DNA of 64,000 nt from Podarcis muralis (Eukaryota), in NCBI RefSeq assembly GCF_964188315.1, contig NC_135667.1, forward strand, positions 9,672,001-9,736,000. Direction: 5' to 3'. Position 1 is the first letter of the stretch, and every line of letters starts with the position of its first letter. Position numbers and translations under genes: made by a program. Below are positions 1-12,753 of the stretch, in pieces. The notes below the pieces were generated by a model. That model saw nothing but the letters and a program-made list of their open reading frames with translations. It ran no database searches and was not told the DNA's origin.

Positions 1-1090
1 CCTGTAGGTTCTTCTTCATAAAACTCCAAGAAATGTTGTCAAACTCCACGTCCACAAATATCAAAACTGCCTTAGTATTAATATTCACTTCTAACTTTTC
101 CAAAATGTTAAATATATTCCTCATATTATCAGACAAATGTCTGCCCGGAAGAAAGCCTGCTTGGTCTTTATGAATCTCTTCCATCAACACTTTTTTTAAT
201 CTCTTGGCCAAAATATCTGCAAAAATTTTGTAATCCACATTGAGTAATGATATGGGGCGGTAGTTCTTAAGCTGGGTCTTTTCAGTTTCTGTTTTCGGTA
301 TAAGTGTAATGTACGCTTCTTTCCACGACTCTGGTGCCTTTTTCCCTTCCAATATTTCATTACAGACTTCCTTTAAAGGTTGTACTAACCATTCTTTTAA
401 AGTTCTGTAGTATCTTGAAGTCAATCCATCTGGTCCTGGAGATTTGCCCAATTGCATGTTCTGAATGGCACCTTCTATTTCCTGTTCAGATATTTTACAA
501 TTCAGCATTAATTTATTTTCTTGAGAAATTTTTTTGTAATCCATTTATCTTCAAAAATCGATCAATGTCAGCTTCTTTCTGTGGCCCTTGTGTGTATAAT
601 TGTTTAAAATATCTCTGGAAACATTTTTTAATCTCAGTTGGGTTCTGTATGTTCTTTCCTTCCACTTCTAAATTTGTAATAGTATTTAATTTTTGTCTTT
701 TTTTCATTTGCCAAGCCAACAATTTTCCACATTTATTAGCTGATTCAAATGTCTTTTGTCTCATTTGTTTAATTTTTCCATTCTATTTCCTGATTCATCA
801 TTTTCATATATTGTACTTGATATAACTTTATTTCTCTCAGGATCTCTTGCGACTTTGGTTTTGCTCTCAATTTCTTCTCACTTTCTTTCAGGTTTCAGGT
901 TTTGGGTGGATTGGGACAAAGCAATTTCTATGTCTACTTACAAAATTCTCAACAAGGCACTCTGAGCATATATTCAAGATTTGATTGTAACCTCCACCCC
1001 CCAAAAAAACTCACCTACCGTTTAATATCTGCTGTAGTTACTCTTTTGCACCTTATAATAAGATTGGAGAGTTACAGTAGCAATACTCAT
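1..1090 (-). mobile_element. L1-clade LINE ORF2 fragment (linker plus start of reverse transcriptase), frameshifted, runs off window start
   Basis: Minus-strand translation near 200-290 gives the RT motif YRPISLLNVDYKIFADILAKRL. ORF 513-764 (FESANKCGKLLAWQMKKRQKLNTI...YFKQLY) matches the L1 EN-RT linker. Right boundary approximate. Confidence 0.85.
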
Positions 1091-2401
1091 TAGGTAGTCA
1101 CTCTTCTTTAAAGCAAAGTTCTGTTTTTGACTCATTGATCTTGTGCAAAAATAAGACAATCCAATAGTACAATGCTACATATGTCAACTCAAAACTAAGA
1201 ACCATTGTTTCCAGTTTAACTTATTCTGATGCAAGTGTGTCTTAGGGGGAGTGAAGCAGACCAAGACCCTTGAGCCAAACTGGGTAGCCTCCAAATTAGC
1301 CCAAGCTGAATTGAGCTATTCTACCAATCTTCAAAATGGCTTCTGAATGGAGTCTTCTGATTAGCACAGAATAGATAGTCATGTTCTCCAGTGGCCTCCT
1401 TATCCCTCCCATTTATGCTTAAAAAATGATTCCACCATACGTTTTTCCCAAGTGAAAGTCACCAGCTGCCCTCAGTAACATCTGTCATTATTTTCAGCAG
1501 TGTGATTTTAGATAACAGAAGGAAGAATATCCTGACCAATGGAAGGAGCATTCACACCTAATTTGAGACCCAGCTGAGACAAAATGGAGGACTTACAGTG
1601 GTGTATCTCAGGCTGAGCTGAGGAACTTCAGTCAGTGTAGCCATGGCGGAGCGCAAACTCAACCAGAGACCAACCTTTGCTTATCCCAGTGAATCTTAGG
1701 GTGTAGTCCTATGGCACAATCTACCAAGATGAGCATCTTAGGATGCAGTGGCTCTCTGGCTCAGAAAATTTATTCCCAGATCAGCTGCACTCAACCAGCG
1801 TTCAGCTCCCGACCTTAGCTCAGCCCAAGATAAGCCATCACAACCTGTTCCTCCTGGCTCAGCCACACCTTTTACCTGTCTGTAACCTGATGGTGTGGGA
1901 AAGTGCTTGTGGTCTGAGGAAGAAGGACACTTTCTGGACCCAGGAGGTTCCCTAGTGCTGCTTTGATGGACCACCAACTAACTTCCTCCCAAATAATGAA
2001 CATTTGCATGTCTCACTAGGTTGATTTTAAAAAAGAAACAACAAAAATCGACAGCACACTGCAAGCTTATTTCCCATGGAGATGATTTCTGTAGAGCTTC
2101 CTCATACCCTCTCAGACCACTTTCCCATTGAGCTCAATGTTGCTTATTGGCAGCAGCTATCCAGGGTTTCAGGCAAGGGTAGCCTTATCATAGCCTTATC
2201 AGCCATATCATAAATGCTAATTTATGTATCCTTGTATCTGATTCTACTATGAAGTAGCTAATCATGCTTTGTCAATGGTTGCTGAAAAAGACTGCATATG
2301 GAAATTGGAATCAACATTCCCTCTGGCACTCGTGGACCCCGTAATACCCAGAGACATCTTCCTTGTAACTCACCGATGCCTCTTGCCCCTCCTGTTATTT
2401 C

Positions 2402-2478
2402 CATTGCTGTTTCCCTGCTTGGCAGGGGGTTGGACTCGATGGCCCTTGTGGTCTATTCCAACTCTATGATTCTATGAT
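2402..2478 (+). mobile_element. CR1 LINE 3' end with (ATTCTATG)n tail
   Basis: ctgcttggcagggggttggactcgatggcccttgtggtctattccaactctatgattctatgat is identical to the CR1 end at about 39335-39400. Confidence 0.85.
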
Positions 2479-4716
2479 GCCTTTTTGTTTGTTGAGTGGG
2501 TATCCAATTATTATTTTTTTGGCAGGGGAGTTCCTGATTTTTTGTATGTTTAGGTATGGATTTGGGGACTTTATAGGTGTGTTTTTTTCTGTTGTGGGGG
2601 GAACGATATTCCTGGAATCACTATTTTCTATTCTGTGAAAGGGATATTTTGTAGCACCCAAGACAGTTTCTTAGTTTTCCCAGTATCTCCCTGGGCCCCA
2701 AAAAGTTTGGGAATCCCTGCATATATTTATGTGCTACAAATCTCAAATGGGGAGGGATGTCAGGGCAAGTCTAGGGCTGAACACGCTTAAGATTCTTCCT
2801 TCAATCAGAAGCATGGCATTGCCAATGCAAAAAAAAACCCATCACAAATAATAAAACAACAACTTGCTTCTGCCCAAAGAATGGAGGATTGGCCATACTC
2901 CTTTGTGCCTCATTAGGTTGCAGTGAACCATTGTTGATTAGTAATTCATTATATTCCCTATTGTGGCTGAAGCCAAGCAGGCATTCATTTTGAATTTCTT
3001 TGGCAGTCTTCACAACATTGGTTGTGGGCCTTTTTGCTAGCCATGAGGGCGTTTGTCATTCTTAAAGCTGAATGAAACCATTTCCTTTTTTATAGTCTGC
3101 ATGTCTGCTCCTGATTAAACTGTGTGCAACCCTAGAAAACCTACACATTGACCTGGGTTGGAACTTACACTCACTTGGTGTTTTAATTATTATTAAAAAA
3201 AAAACCAACCCAGTGAAGCAGTAGCTAATTGTGCTTTATCTTGTAACATTATAATCCCCTGGGTTAAGTAAAACATAGATTCAGCTTTAATTAGCTGAAG
3301 TAATAACTGTATTGCTTGATCAGTTACTTAAAACATTTTGAATCACTTGATGGGTTCTTCTGAGGTCCTACACGAGTTTTCTTTGCCTTGGACATCTGAA
3401 AGATTCTTAAAGAAGAGGAAATGTTAAGTACAAAAAGGGATGTGAGTATTCTCTCCTGCTTTGTGGGTGATCCACATTAATTGTTGTCATTATATAAACT
3501 GAAATGCATTATATGGACTATGGGGCAGATTTAGGATGTTCTTCCTTTTAAACTTTATGTCTGACAGCTTGAGGGGGCTGAATATTCAGATAAATTTGGA
3601 TTAAGTTTTAATTGTTTTTTGATATTTAGCATTTCTTTAATTGCATGTTTTCTTGTTTGCTACCCTGGGCTAATACTAATATTAATACTAATACTACTTG
3701 TAATAAGCCATGCAACCATACTGGTGCATCTAAAACCTTTTTCCAGGATCCAACCCAATAAAACTTCAGATATTTTCTAGTTCAGGGAATGTCATTTACC
3801 TTCACAAGATGACATGAAAAACTATCAGCTAGGATAGTTCATACAGTAGATTGCAAATGACTCCACCTAGCAAAAGGTTTCAGGCAAGTCATCTCCAAAT
3901 ATTGTCATATTTATTGGACTTCAATTTTCCCAAAATGTTTCGTTCAATGTTTCCCAAGAGATACAACTCCCACCTCAATATACATAACTTCTCCATATTC
4001 CCAACAAGGTTTTCAACTCAAAGAATCCAAAATGCAGGTTATCTTTCATTGTACTCACCATGGGCATTTTAAAATGGCAGGTAGGGTAGAATTCAACACA
4101 CTGCACTATTACAAATGTTCAGTCTGTGCAAGCATATAAGTTTGCCAGATAAAATGACCCCTGCTCCTCTTGTGTGCTGTTCTGTGGCGTGTCCGAACTG
4201 TTCCCAGAGTCAGTTTCAGACTGAGGCATAGTGGGGAGGACTCATGAGGAGAGGGGAGGGGAAAACAACCTATTGTGCTGGGCTCCCACTCACAAAATTC
4301 ATTGGATGAATCCCACCATTAATGTTTTGATGTCACACTGCACATTCACTTCTTTTGAATATGACTGCCATAGATTGATTCATCCACTGAAAGCTCAAAA
4401 ACTGTACCCTGGAACAAACTTGGATTACTATTTAGTTGTTGTTTTTCTTAAATATTTACATGTGTTTTTATCTTGTATCTTATTCTGTCAACCTTCTGAG
4501 ATCTTGTGATGAAAGGTGCTATATAAATTTAATAAATATGGATTGCTCCTGCTAAAATCTACTGAGCTTAATCATGTCAATGAACCCTGTGTCCATCTTC
4601 TTGCTCTCCCTCTGCATTCTTGTAGGAGTGCTTTTGTTAGTTTTAAAAATTGCCTAATCCTTTTGCTCGTTCATTTGTTCATTCACATGTTTTTCTTCCT
4701 AAGACATGAGTCAAAT

Positions 4717-5634
4717 ATGGCAAATGACACATCAGTGCATGAGTTCGTTCTTCTGGGCTTCCCAACTCTTCGGCGGTGGCACCTGTCACTGTTTGTACTC
4801 ATCCTTGTCATATACATTCTCACCTTGGCAGGGAACGGCCTCATCATCATCATCGTGAGAGTCAGCAAGCAGCTCCAGACCCCAATGTATTTCTTCCTGA
4901 GCAATCTTTCTTTCCTTGAGATCTGGTACACAACCACTGTCATCCCTAAAATGCTGGAGACCTTCTTGATAGCCAGGACCACTATCTGCCTCCATTGTTG
5001 TGTGGTGCAGTCCTTCTTCCACTTCTTCCTTGGCATCACTGAATTTCTCATCCTCTCCATCATGTCCTTTGATAGATACATTGCCATATGCAAACCTTTA
5101 CATTACACCACAATTATGACCAAAAACCTCTGCTTACTGTTGACACTGGGTTCCTGGTCACTGGGATTTGTAGTTATCTTCAGTCAGGCAGCTTTGATAC
5201 TGAAATTGCCATTTTGTGCTGGCAACACCATTGACCATTACTACTGCGACGTTGGCCCCATTTTGAAATTGGCCTGTGCAGACACCAGCCTCATTGAATT
5301 CCTTGGTTTGTTGGGGACAGCCAGCATAATCCCAAGTTCCTTTCTCTTCACTGTGGTCTCCTACATCTACATCATCTCAACCATTTTGAGGATTCCTTCC
5401 AGCAAGGGACGGCAGAAAGCCTTCTCCACTTGTGCTTCCCATCTCACGGTGGTCACCATATTTTATGGAGCTGTTCTCTTCATGTACTTGAAGCCCACAG
5501 CACACTCCTCCGTTCACAGCAACAAAGTGGTCTCTGTTCTCAACACGGTATTAACCCCATTGCTGAACCCTTTCATATACACCATACGGAATAAAGAGGT
5601 GAAATCTGCCTTGTGGAAAGCTATAACAAAGTGA
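4717..5634 (+). CDS. Olfactory receptor, family 6 (OR6X1-like), intact, 305 aa
   Basis: MANDTSVHEFVLLGF start, LQTPMYFFLSNLS, MSFDRYIAICKPLHY, KAFSTCASHL and PLLNPFIYTIRN motifs. A splice acceptor (ttcttcctaag) sits just upstream, so the upstream part of ORF 4516 is intronic. Confidence 0.95.
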   Translation: MANDTSVHEFVLLGFPTLRRWHLSLFVLILVIYILTLAGNGLIIIIVRVSKQLQTPMYFFLSNLSFLEIWYTTTVIPKMLETFLIARTTICLHCCVVQSFFHFFLGITEFLILSIMSFDRYIAICKPLHYTTIMTKNLCLLLTLGSWSLGFVVIFSQAALILKLPFCAGNTIDHYYCDVGPILKLACADTSLIEFLGLLGTASIIPSSFLFTVVSYIYIISTILRIPSSKGRQKAFSTCASHLTVVTIFYGAVLFMYLKPTAHSSVHSNKVVSVLNTVLTPLLNPFIYTIRNKEVKSALWKAITK

Positions 5635-6050
5635 AGTGCCGCAGGGAGTAGCTGGTGGCAGTATTGTGATATATTTTCCAGCTGCGGTACTGTATTTCCA
5701 GAATGATTTTAGTAGTAACATGTTTTACTTCTGTTTGCATGGTGTTTTCAGTGGGGATTGGACAGCTTTGCCTGCCCCCTTGATATGGTCACAAGCACAA
5801 GATAAGACTGTGTCTGCCTTCCTTGAAATGGGACTGACTTTGAAATGACTGTTCTACTCAACCATCCTTTTCAAGAGAAGAGATGAGGGAAAAATTGAAC
5901 TCTAGGACTTTCTGTATGGACTCTTTGCTTGAGATGACTGGTCTGAATCATGTGAATCATCTAGTAACCACACAATATACTTATGAGGGGTGGGGTGGTT
6001 GGTTATTGGGGAAATATGTGTATATTCTTGGTAAGAGAGTAGTCTCAGTA

Positions 6051-6436
6051 CAGTGATACCTTGGTTCTCAAACGCCTTGGTTCTCAAACAACTTGGAACC
6101 CCAACACTGCAAACCTGGAAGTAAGTGTTTTTTTGGAAGCTGAACATGCTCCATTTTGAGTGCCACATTTCCGTTTTGAGTGTTACGCTGAGGTCTGTCT
6201 GTTTTTGCTATTTATTTTGCGTTTTTGTTTTGCAGCTTTTTTGTTTTGTTTTTGTGACTGTGCGGAACCCAGTTCAGCTACAGACTGATTGATTGTGTGA
6301 CTGGAGGACATTGTTTATTGCTTTCATTTTATGGATCAATGGTCTCGCTAGATAGCAAAATTCATGTTAAATTGCTTTTTAGGAGTTGTTTTTTAAAGTC
6401 TGGAATGGATTAAGTTTGAGAACCAAGCTACCACTG
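6051..6436. mobile_element. Tc1/mariner (Tigger-like) MITE
   Basis: Terminal inverted repeats cagtgataccttggttctcaaac ... gtttgagaaccaagctaccactg, flanked by TA on both sides. Confidence 0.85.
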
Positions 6437-8009
6437 TATTGCCGCTTCAGTCATGGAATGCTCTCCCTAGGAACACTGGCTCCACACTTGCATCAGTGCA
6501 GATTACATGACATCTGTTGAAATTCCCTTCCCAAAAGAACTATCAAAGATGGAGAAGATTTGTCCCCTTTTCACCCTGCTGCCCACCCCACCCCACCCTT
6601 TGTTCATTCATGTTCACAGACTTGTACCTGGACACCAGGAATTGCAACTGAATGAAAATTGTGATTTAGCAAACCAGCTTTATCCCTTTTGTAGCTTTAT
6701 CCCTTTTGTATTTGCAGCTTTATCCCTTTTGTTTATGCACAGGAGGGTGATGCAAGCAGGATTTGTATATAGAGTAATGGAAATATTTTACTTATTTCAT
6801 AAAATTTCCATGCTGTTTGATATTGTACTTTTTATAAGTGGGTGTTTGTTGGAAGGGCAGAGTTCACTTAAATAAATGAATATATTACCCCGGGCTCATA
6901 ATCAAACCTCTCAACTTGGGGAGACCTAAAATAAATAGCAATAACCTTGCAATCTGCACTTAATTAAATTTTAGGGAGCTATCCTATGCAGAAAAAGTTG
7001 GTGAAAAGCAAACTGTTGTAAATTAAGCTGGTGTATAGTTGCATCAAATCCCAACCCTGTTCAGCCTCAAGGGTGCTGCTGCTGCTCCACCCGACAAAGG
7101 TAGAACAAGCCTTTAAAATAAGGTTCAATGCCAGGTTGCCAGGTCACATGATTAAGCTAAACAGGTTGGGATCCAGCCTAAGCCACCCACCACCCCTTTG
7201 GTCCTGTCTCTGCTACACCCCCAGAAACCCCTTTTGCAGAATTTATAAGTAGTCAGGGTGACAAGTTGTACCTGTGTATCTTCAACTGAACCTTCACCTG
7301 AACCTGGGTTGGGTACTTAAGACCAGCTCAAGCCAGCTGAGTCAAGAAGCAGCCAGCTAAGATGGAGATCTGCTGCAACCAAACCAGTTCTTACTATAGG
7401 ACCCCCACCCCCCAATGTCTTGTAAACAATTATGCACTAAGATGGAAATGTTTGCAATTCCTCTCCCTCTCTTTCTCCTCCTGGCAGCAATGAAGCAATA
7501 CTTAATTGCAATTATATTGTGCCATTAAATCTCCTGGGCAAGTAAAATGGGTATTAGGCTCTAATTGCTTGAATTAATTGTATTGGTCTATCATTGGAAA
7601 TGGATGGTTGGGTTCTTCTTCAGAGGTCTCACACAAGATTATTTTCGTTTGGATAGGTCATGCAATATAGTCATTAATATGGAATTCTCTTCTTAAAAAT
7701 TGAATTCTGTGACATTTGTCTTCCATGCAAATGATGATAAATATTGTTTTGAAACGAAAGAAATCATTAGGGTATGGCCGCAGCTATGAGTAAATTCCCA
7801 CGGGCATTACAACTTCCCACAAAGATTGTATGGTGACCTGAAACTTGTGAATGCACAGTAAAGCATCATGTGCATAGTGTTTTGGTCTGGAGCATTTATT
7901 TCTGGGTGTCTATCAATCAATTGCCACACATTATGTTGGCCATGTTATATTGGCCAAATGTCACTTGCCAGAAAACATTTCTCCCATAGATTTCCCCCAA
8001 AGATGTCTT

Positions 8010-8700
8010 AGGGACATCTACATGTCCACACAATGAAAGATGTCAGGATCCCCAAGGATGTGCTCCACAGGGAGCTGGCTTCAGGCACCAGGCCCATTGG
8101 CAGACTAACTCTGTGTTACAAAGATCTCTGCGAAAAGTGACACAAAGGCTGACAACATCAACCCTGCCATGTGGGATCTCTTGTAGACAACCACAGTGCC
8201 TGGAGTCAGACAATCAGTGTCAGGAGCCCAGGAGCCCAGCTTGATAACACAGTAAGCGTAGGTAATTAAAAGGAGGATTTATTGCAAAAACAAACAGATA
8301 GCTCTGGACAGCTCTAACAAAGCCGCCAGCATTATCACTCAAGATGACCCTTCTGAAGACTTCTTCCGGTTCCTACAGAATATGTTGAACTGTCACCCCT
8401 TACGTCTCTTGTTTTGCTTCCTGTCTAGCAGCCTTCCCATTCGCTGACTCTTTGGACTTCTTTGATCAGCTTCATCCTCTTCCTGTTCCACTAGGAGGTG
8501 GCTCATTCCTGACAGTCATGTTGGGCATCCATAGCAGTGACCAGAGGAGGAATGACTTCTGGGAGAAGTGTAGAGAGAAGAAAACCTGCAGCAGCACAAC
8601 CGGACACTTTCATCTGTCCCAGCTGCAATAAAACATGTCTCTCCCATATCACTCTCCACAGCCACAGCAGGCGCTGTAACCTTCCAGCAACTTGGCCTCA
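8010..8700 (+). mobile_element. RTE-clade LINE 3' fragment, interrupted by a 297-bp TG...CA element
   Basis: Degenerate RTE C-terminus (IPKDVL.GELASGTRPIGR), resuming after 8514 with the FICPSCNKTC..HSHSRRC zinc-finger-like tail. Confidence 0.75.
8218..8514. mobile_element. Solo-LTR-like insert (Gypsy-type termini) nested in RTE
   Basis: Begins TGTCAGGA and ends TCCTGACA (8-bp inverted termini), and cleanly splits the RTE fragment. No clean target-site duplication. Confidence 0.55.
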
Positions 8701-9140
8701 CCCCTAAAGGCTCACTCCTCCATTGTCTCTTGAAACAGATGCCAGCTACAAACTATTATGGAAATAATCTTACAGGTGTTAAGTTAGTCACTCATGGAAT
8801 TACCCTGAAGTTTCATCTCATCTTTTTTTAAAAAGAAAACGTATTCAACATTAATTAGTTTTCTTAATTGGCTTGAGAAGATGTGGGAAGTCTCCTTCTC
8901 TTGTGAGACAAAGAAGATACAAAATATGGGAGGGGGGAGAATATGCTCACACAGTCTTAAGGAACAGAATTGAGATCTTGGCCGTTCCTTGTGGATATTG
9001 CTTCCTGACTACATGTGAAGGTGCACGAGGGTCTTGGGGGAATGTGTCTTTATAAACTGTGGATATATGAATGTCTTTGACTTGATTCTCAGTAAAGCGG
9101 CACCTGGGTTGTGCCTTTTCAGAATGCACTTTTGTCAGAA

Positions 9141-9509
9141 GGGTGGTGCTGTGGTCTAAACCACTGAGCCTCTTGGGCTTGCCAATCTGAATGTCGGTGG
9201 TTCGAATCCCTGCAACGGAGTGAGTTCCCGTTGCTCTGTCCCAGCTCCTGTCAGCCTAGCAGTTCAAAAGCACACTAGTGCAAATAGATAAATAGGTTCT
9301 GCTGTGGTGGGAAGGTAAACGGCATTTCTGTGCACTCTGGCTTCCATCATTGGCTTCCGTCAAGGTGTTCTATTGTGCGAGTAGCAGTTTAGTTATGCTG
9401 GCCTCATGACCTGGAATACTGGCTCCCTCAGCCTGAAAGCAAGATGAGCACCACAACCCCATAGTCACCTTTGACTGGACTTAACCGTCTTGGGGTCCTT
9501 TACCTTTAC
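9141..9509 (+). mobile_element. Sauria SINE, near full length
   Basis: tRNA-like head (gtggtgctgtggtctaaaccactgag...ggttcgaatccc), typical body, and (TTTACC)n tail. Confidence 0.9.
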
Positions 9510-9935
9510 TCTCTTTTTTTTTACCTTTGTCTGTATGCTTCTGAGGTGTTTTGTGAATGAATAGTCCTGTGTTTAATAATTTCATTCGAATGTCATGGGG
9601 ACAATTCTCTCAGCTCACCTTCACTTTAAGTGAATTATCTACATGCAGCTGACTGATGGATCAGTTTTAAAGGTGGTCCATTATGTCCCCCACATACACA
9701 GCCCTCAAGGCTGCGGTGACCCCCTCTAAGCTCTCTGTTACAGAGATGGTTTAAGGTAGGTGTGAGAGAGAAAGGGGCTGTCTGCTAATAGGAAACTGCC
9801 TTGTACTGACTCCAGGCTCTTCACTGACTAGCAGTGGCTCTCCAGGATTTCAGACAGGGGACAGTTCTACTGAAAAGTGCTTGGGATTGGACTTTATGCT
9901 TAATGTATGTAAAGAAACGCTCCACCACTGAGGTA

Positions 9936-10153
9936 CAGTGGTACCTCGGGTTACATACGCTTCAGGTTACAGACTCTACTAACCCAGAAATAGTACCTCG
10001 GGTTAAGAACTTTGCTTCAGGATGAGAACTTTGCTTCCTGCACGGCGGCAGCAGGAGACCCCATAAGCTAAAGTGGTGCTTCAGGTTAAGAACAGATTCA
10101 GGTTAAGAACAGACCTCCGGAATGAATTAAGTACTTAACCCGAGGTACCACTG
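9936..10153. mobile_element. Tc1/mariner MITE
   Basis: TIR cagtggtacctcgggtta ... taacccgaggtaccactg with TA flanks. Same family as 53460-53700 and 57115-57355. Confidence 0.9.
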
Positions 10154-11520
10154 TATAGCCACTTCCTGGTGAAATGTGATAGGTCATTCTGGACTTTCCA
10201 GTTCATGCAAAATAGTCCTTTCATTTGCAAAGATGAGGAGACAGTTCCTTTTTCAAGGGAAGTCTCTTACAAAATTTGATTTTCTTTTCTATTGTCTACT
10301 GTTATTGTTCACAGTAGGGCTTGAAGGATTTTTTAATTTCGGCACTGAGGGCAGGGATGGATTCCTCCTCTCTCACCCCCCCCCCCCCAATCTGAAATTC
10401 AGTTCTTAACACTTCTGCAGAAATTTGTGGGTTAAAACTGCCATGAAAAAATGTCACTTTTCATCTCAGTTTCCACCTATTCATCACATTCTTGCATGCA
10501 GTTCTCACTAACACACTCATATTTTAAAAGTAGTCCCTAATATAACACACTTTTGTTCCTAATGTTGGATGGTATGAGCTGTTAAAGATGTTTCTATTAC
10601 TGCTCTCTCTCCACCCCCAAATAGAAATTTAATACCTGGACTTTAGAGTTCCTTAGGAAGAGGGATTGTGAGTTCAACCACTCTAAGCGCTATAGCTTTG
10701 TGAGGGGCGTTGGGGTCTTCTAACAACTTCAGAACTCTCTTAAAAAACCCAGAAACCTACAATTCAAAGGATTGGTTTTGCTTCTTTAACTGTGTAGTGC
10801 AAATGAGATCTGGGTTTCTTTAATGAATTACCTCACTGAGGACCAGGGAGACCCCTACCCCTGCCCACCCCCTGTCTCCCCAAAACAGTAGTTCTGTCTT
10901 GTCGGAATTTAACCTCAATCTGTCAACCGCCATCCATCCTCCAATAAAAATAAGAAAAATATTTATTTGCATTTTTCCACTGTCCCTTTTTCTTTACCTA
11001 TCTTTTTTGTCTTTTTTGTTGATTTTTATAAACTCTTCTTTTTCCAGTATTAATAGATTTATAATAAGTGGATTAGTGATACCTGTTTATATGATCATGA
11101 TTATTTAACAATATTTCAGTTTTCAGGTTAGATAGCAACTTTTATAATGCAGTGATCAGATGACACTATTATACCAATGTGATTAAATGATGATACTGAA
11201 GCATAATTTTGAAGTTAAAAAAAGACGAGTGGTCACTTTAATTTCTTCAATTGAATTCCTTTTGTTAATTACATATTGCAGGACAAAGTATTTACCATTA
11301 CTTGAAAAATCTAGAAGTTTACAAATCCAGCCAATATGCTTCTGCTCAGACAATACTGTGAATTTTACAAAATTTTCTTTCTGGGGAGAATATAAAATAT
11401 GTCCCCCTCACCAGGGTCATTTGCCCGTTTTATATCAACAATTCCCATGAATAGTTAAATATAATACTGTTCCCATATATTATTGCTGTGCTTTCAGGAA
11501 AGAAGGAAGGAGCGGTGGAG

Positions 11521-12450
11521 ATGGCTAATGCAACATTTGCGACTGAGTTTATTCTTCTAGGATTTCCAGAAATTCAAGAAATGAACATGGCATTTTACAC
11601 CATTCTCCTACTGATGTATCTTCTCTCCTTAATGGGACACAGCTTAATCATCTCAGTTGTTTTCATGGAATCCATGCTCCATACTCCAATGTACTTCTTC
11701 CTTGTCAACTTCTCCACAGCTGAGATCTTCTCCACCACAGCAGAGATCCCGAACATGCTGGTCAATGCCTTCTCGGGCAAAACCAACATTTCCTTTGCAT
11801 GTTGCATGTTACAAGGTTTTGTTGTCTTCACAATGGGGTCTGTTGAATTCATCACTCTTACCCTCATGTCTTTTGACCGCTATGTAGCCATTTGCAAACC
11901 TTTGCTCTATAAAACCATTATGACCAACAACCTCTGCCTCTTCCTGACTTTGTTGGCTTGGGTTAGTGGATTTGTTATCATTTTCCCTCAATCAGCTGTA
12001 GTGTGGACTTTCCCATATTGTGGACAAAATGTCATTGATCATTATTTCTGTGATGTTGGGCCTGTTTTGAAACTGGCCTGTGCTGATACAACTTTGATGG
12101 AGCTGATAGGTCTCATTTATGGTGCTATTTTCATGTGGGGTTCCTTGGGTATCTCATTAATTTCTTATACATACATCATATTCACCATCATTCGGATGTC
12201 TTCTGCCACAGGCCGATCCAAGGCATTCTTCACATGTGCCTCTCATCTAACTGTTGTTATCATCTTCTACACAGCAGATATGTTTATGTACCTGAGGCCT
12301 ACAACCCAAGGTGACACCCGAGTCAACAAAGTGGTATCTCTTGTGCGCACAAGTCTCATTCCCATGTTGAACCCTTTCATCTACACAATCCGGAACAAAG
12401 ACTTCAAAGCAGCCCTAAGGAAATCTCTGAGAAGGAAAATGGTGTTATAG
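11521..12450 (+). CDS. Olfactory receptor, family-6-like, intact, 309 aa
   Basis: MANATFATEFILLGF, LHTPMYFFLVN, MSFDRYVAICKPL, KAFFTCASHL and LNPFIYTIRN motifs; acceptor ctttcag upstream. Confidence 0.95.
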   Translation: MANATFATEFILLGFPEIQEMNMAFYTILLLMYLLSLMGHSLIISVVFMESMLHTPMYFFLVNFSTAEIFSTTAEIPNMLVNAFSGKTNISFACCMLQGFVVFTMGSVEFITLTLMSFDRYVAICKPLLYKTIMTNNLCLFLTLLAWVSGFVIIFPQSAVVWTFPYCGQNVIDHYFCDVGPVLKLACADTTLMELIGLIYGAIFMWGSLGISLISYTYIIFTIIRMSSATGRSKAFFTCASHLTVVIIFYTADMFMYLRPTTQGDTRVNKVVSLVRTSLIPMLNPFIYTIRNKDFKAALRKSLRRKMVL

Positions 12451-12684
12451 CAATTCCCAGAATACTTTTGTGGAGATGGACCTCATGCCCTGAATGTCTG
12501 AGTTATGCTCCACTGCCCAGTAGGGGAATTAAGATAAAGAAGTGGAACCCAGTTAGTCTTGCCACTGCCTTATGGTTATCACAAATATAACACTATATCC
12601 TGCTTCCAGGATAAGCTGGCCCTTTTTCATGTACCAAATTATGATGTTTTCATACATTTTGCTATTATTTCAGGACAAAGGGAG

Positions 12685-12753
12685 ATGGGAAATGCTACAA
12701 TCATCACCGAGTTTATTCTTCTGGGATTTAATGAATTTCATGGACTGAATATG
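12685..12753 (+). pseudogene. OR 5' fragment (first 23 codons only)
   Basis: MGNATIITEFILLGFNEFHGLNM, preceded by the same tttcagga acceptor as the flanking paralogues; homology stops abruptly. Confidence 0.75.

Noticed and set aside
4516-4716. N-terminal extensions of OR ORFs (also 11488, 17944, 31528)
   Set aside because: They start at non-ATG codons or cross a splice acceptor. The canonical M-x-N-x-T/S...EF.LLGF start lies downstream.
4683-5093. Antisense ORFs over OR genes (also 11595-11867, 18030-18323, 31136-31336, 38580-38780)
   Set aside because: These are the usual shadow frames of hydrophobic OR codons. Their mutual similarity just mirrors OR paralogy.
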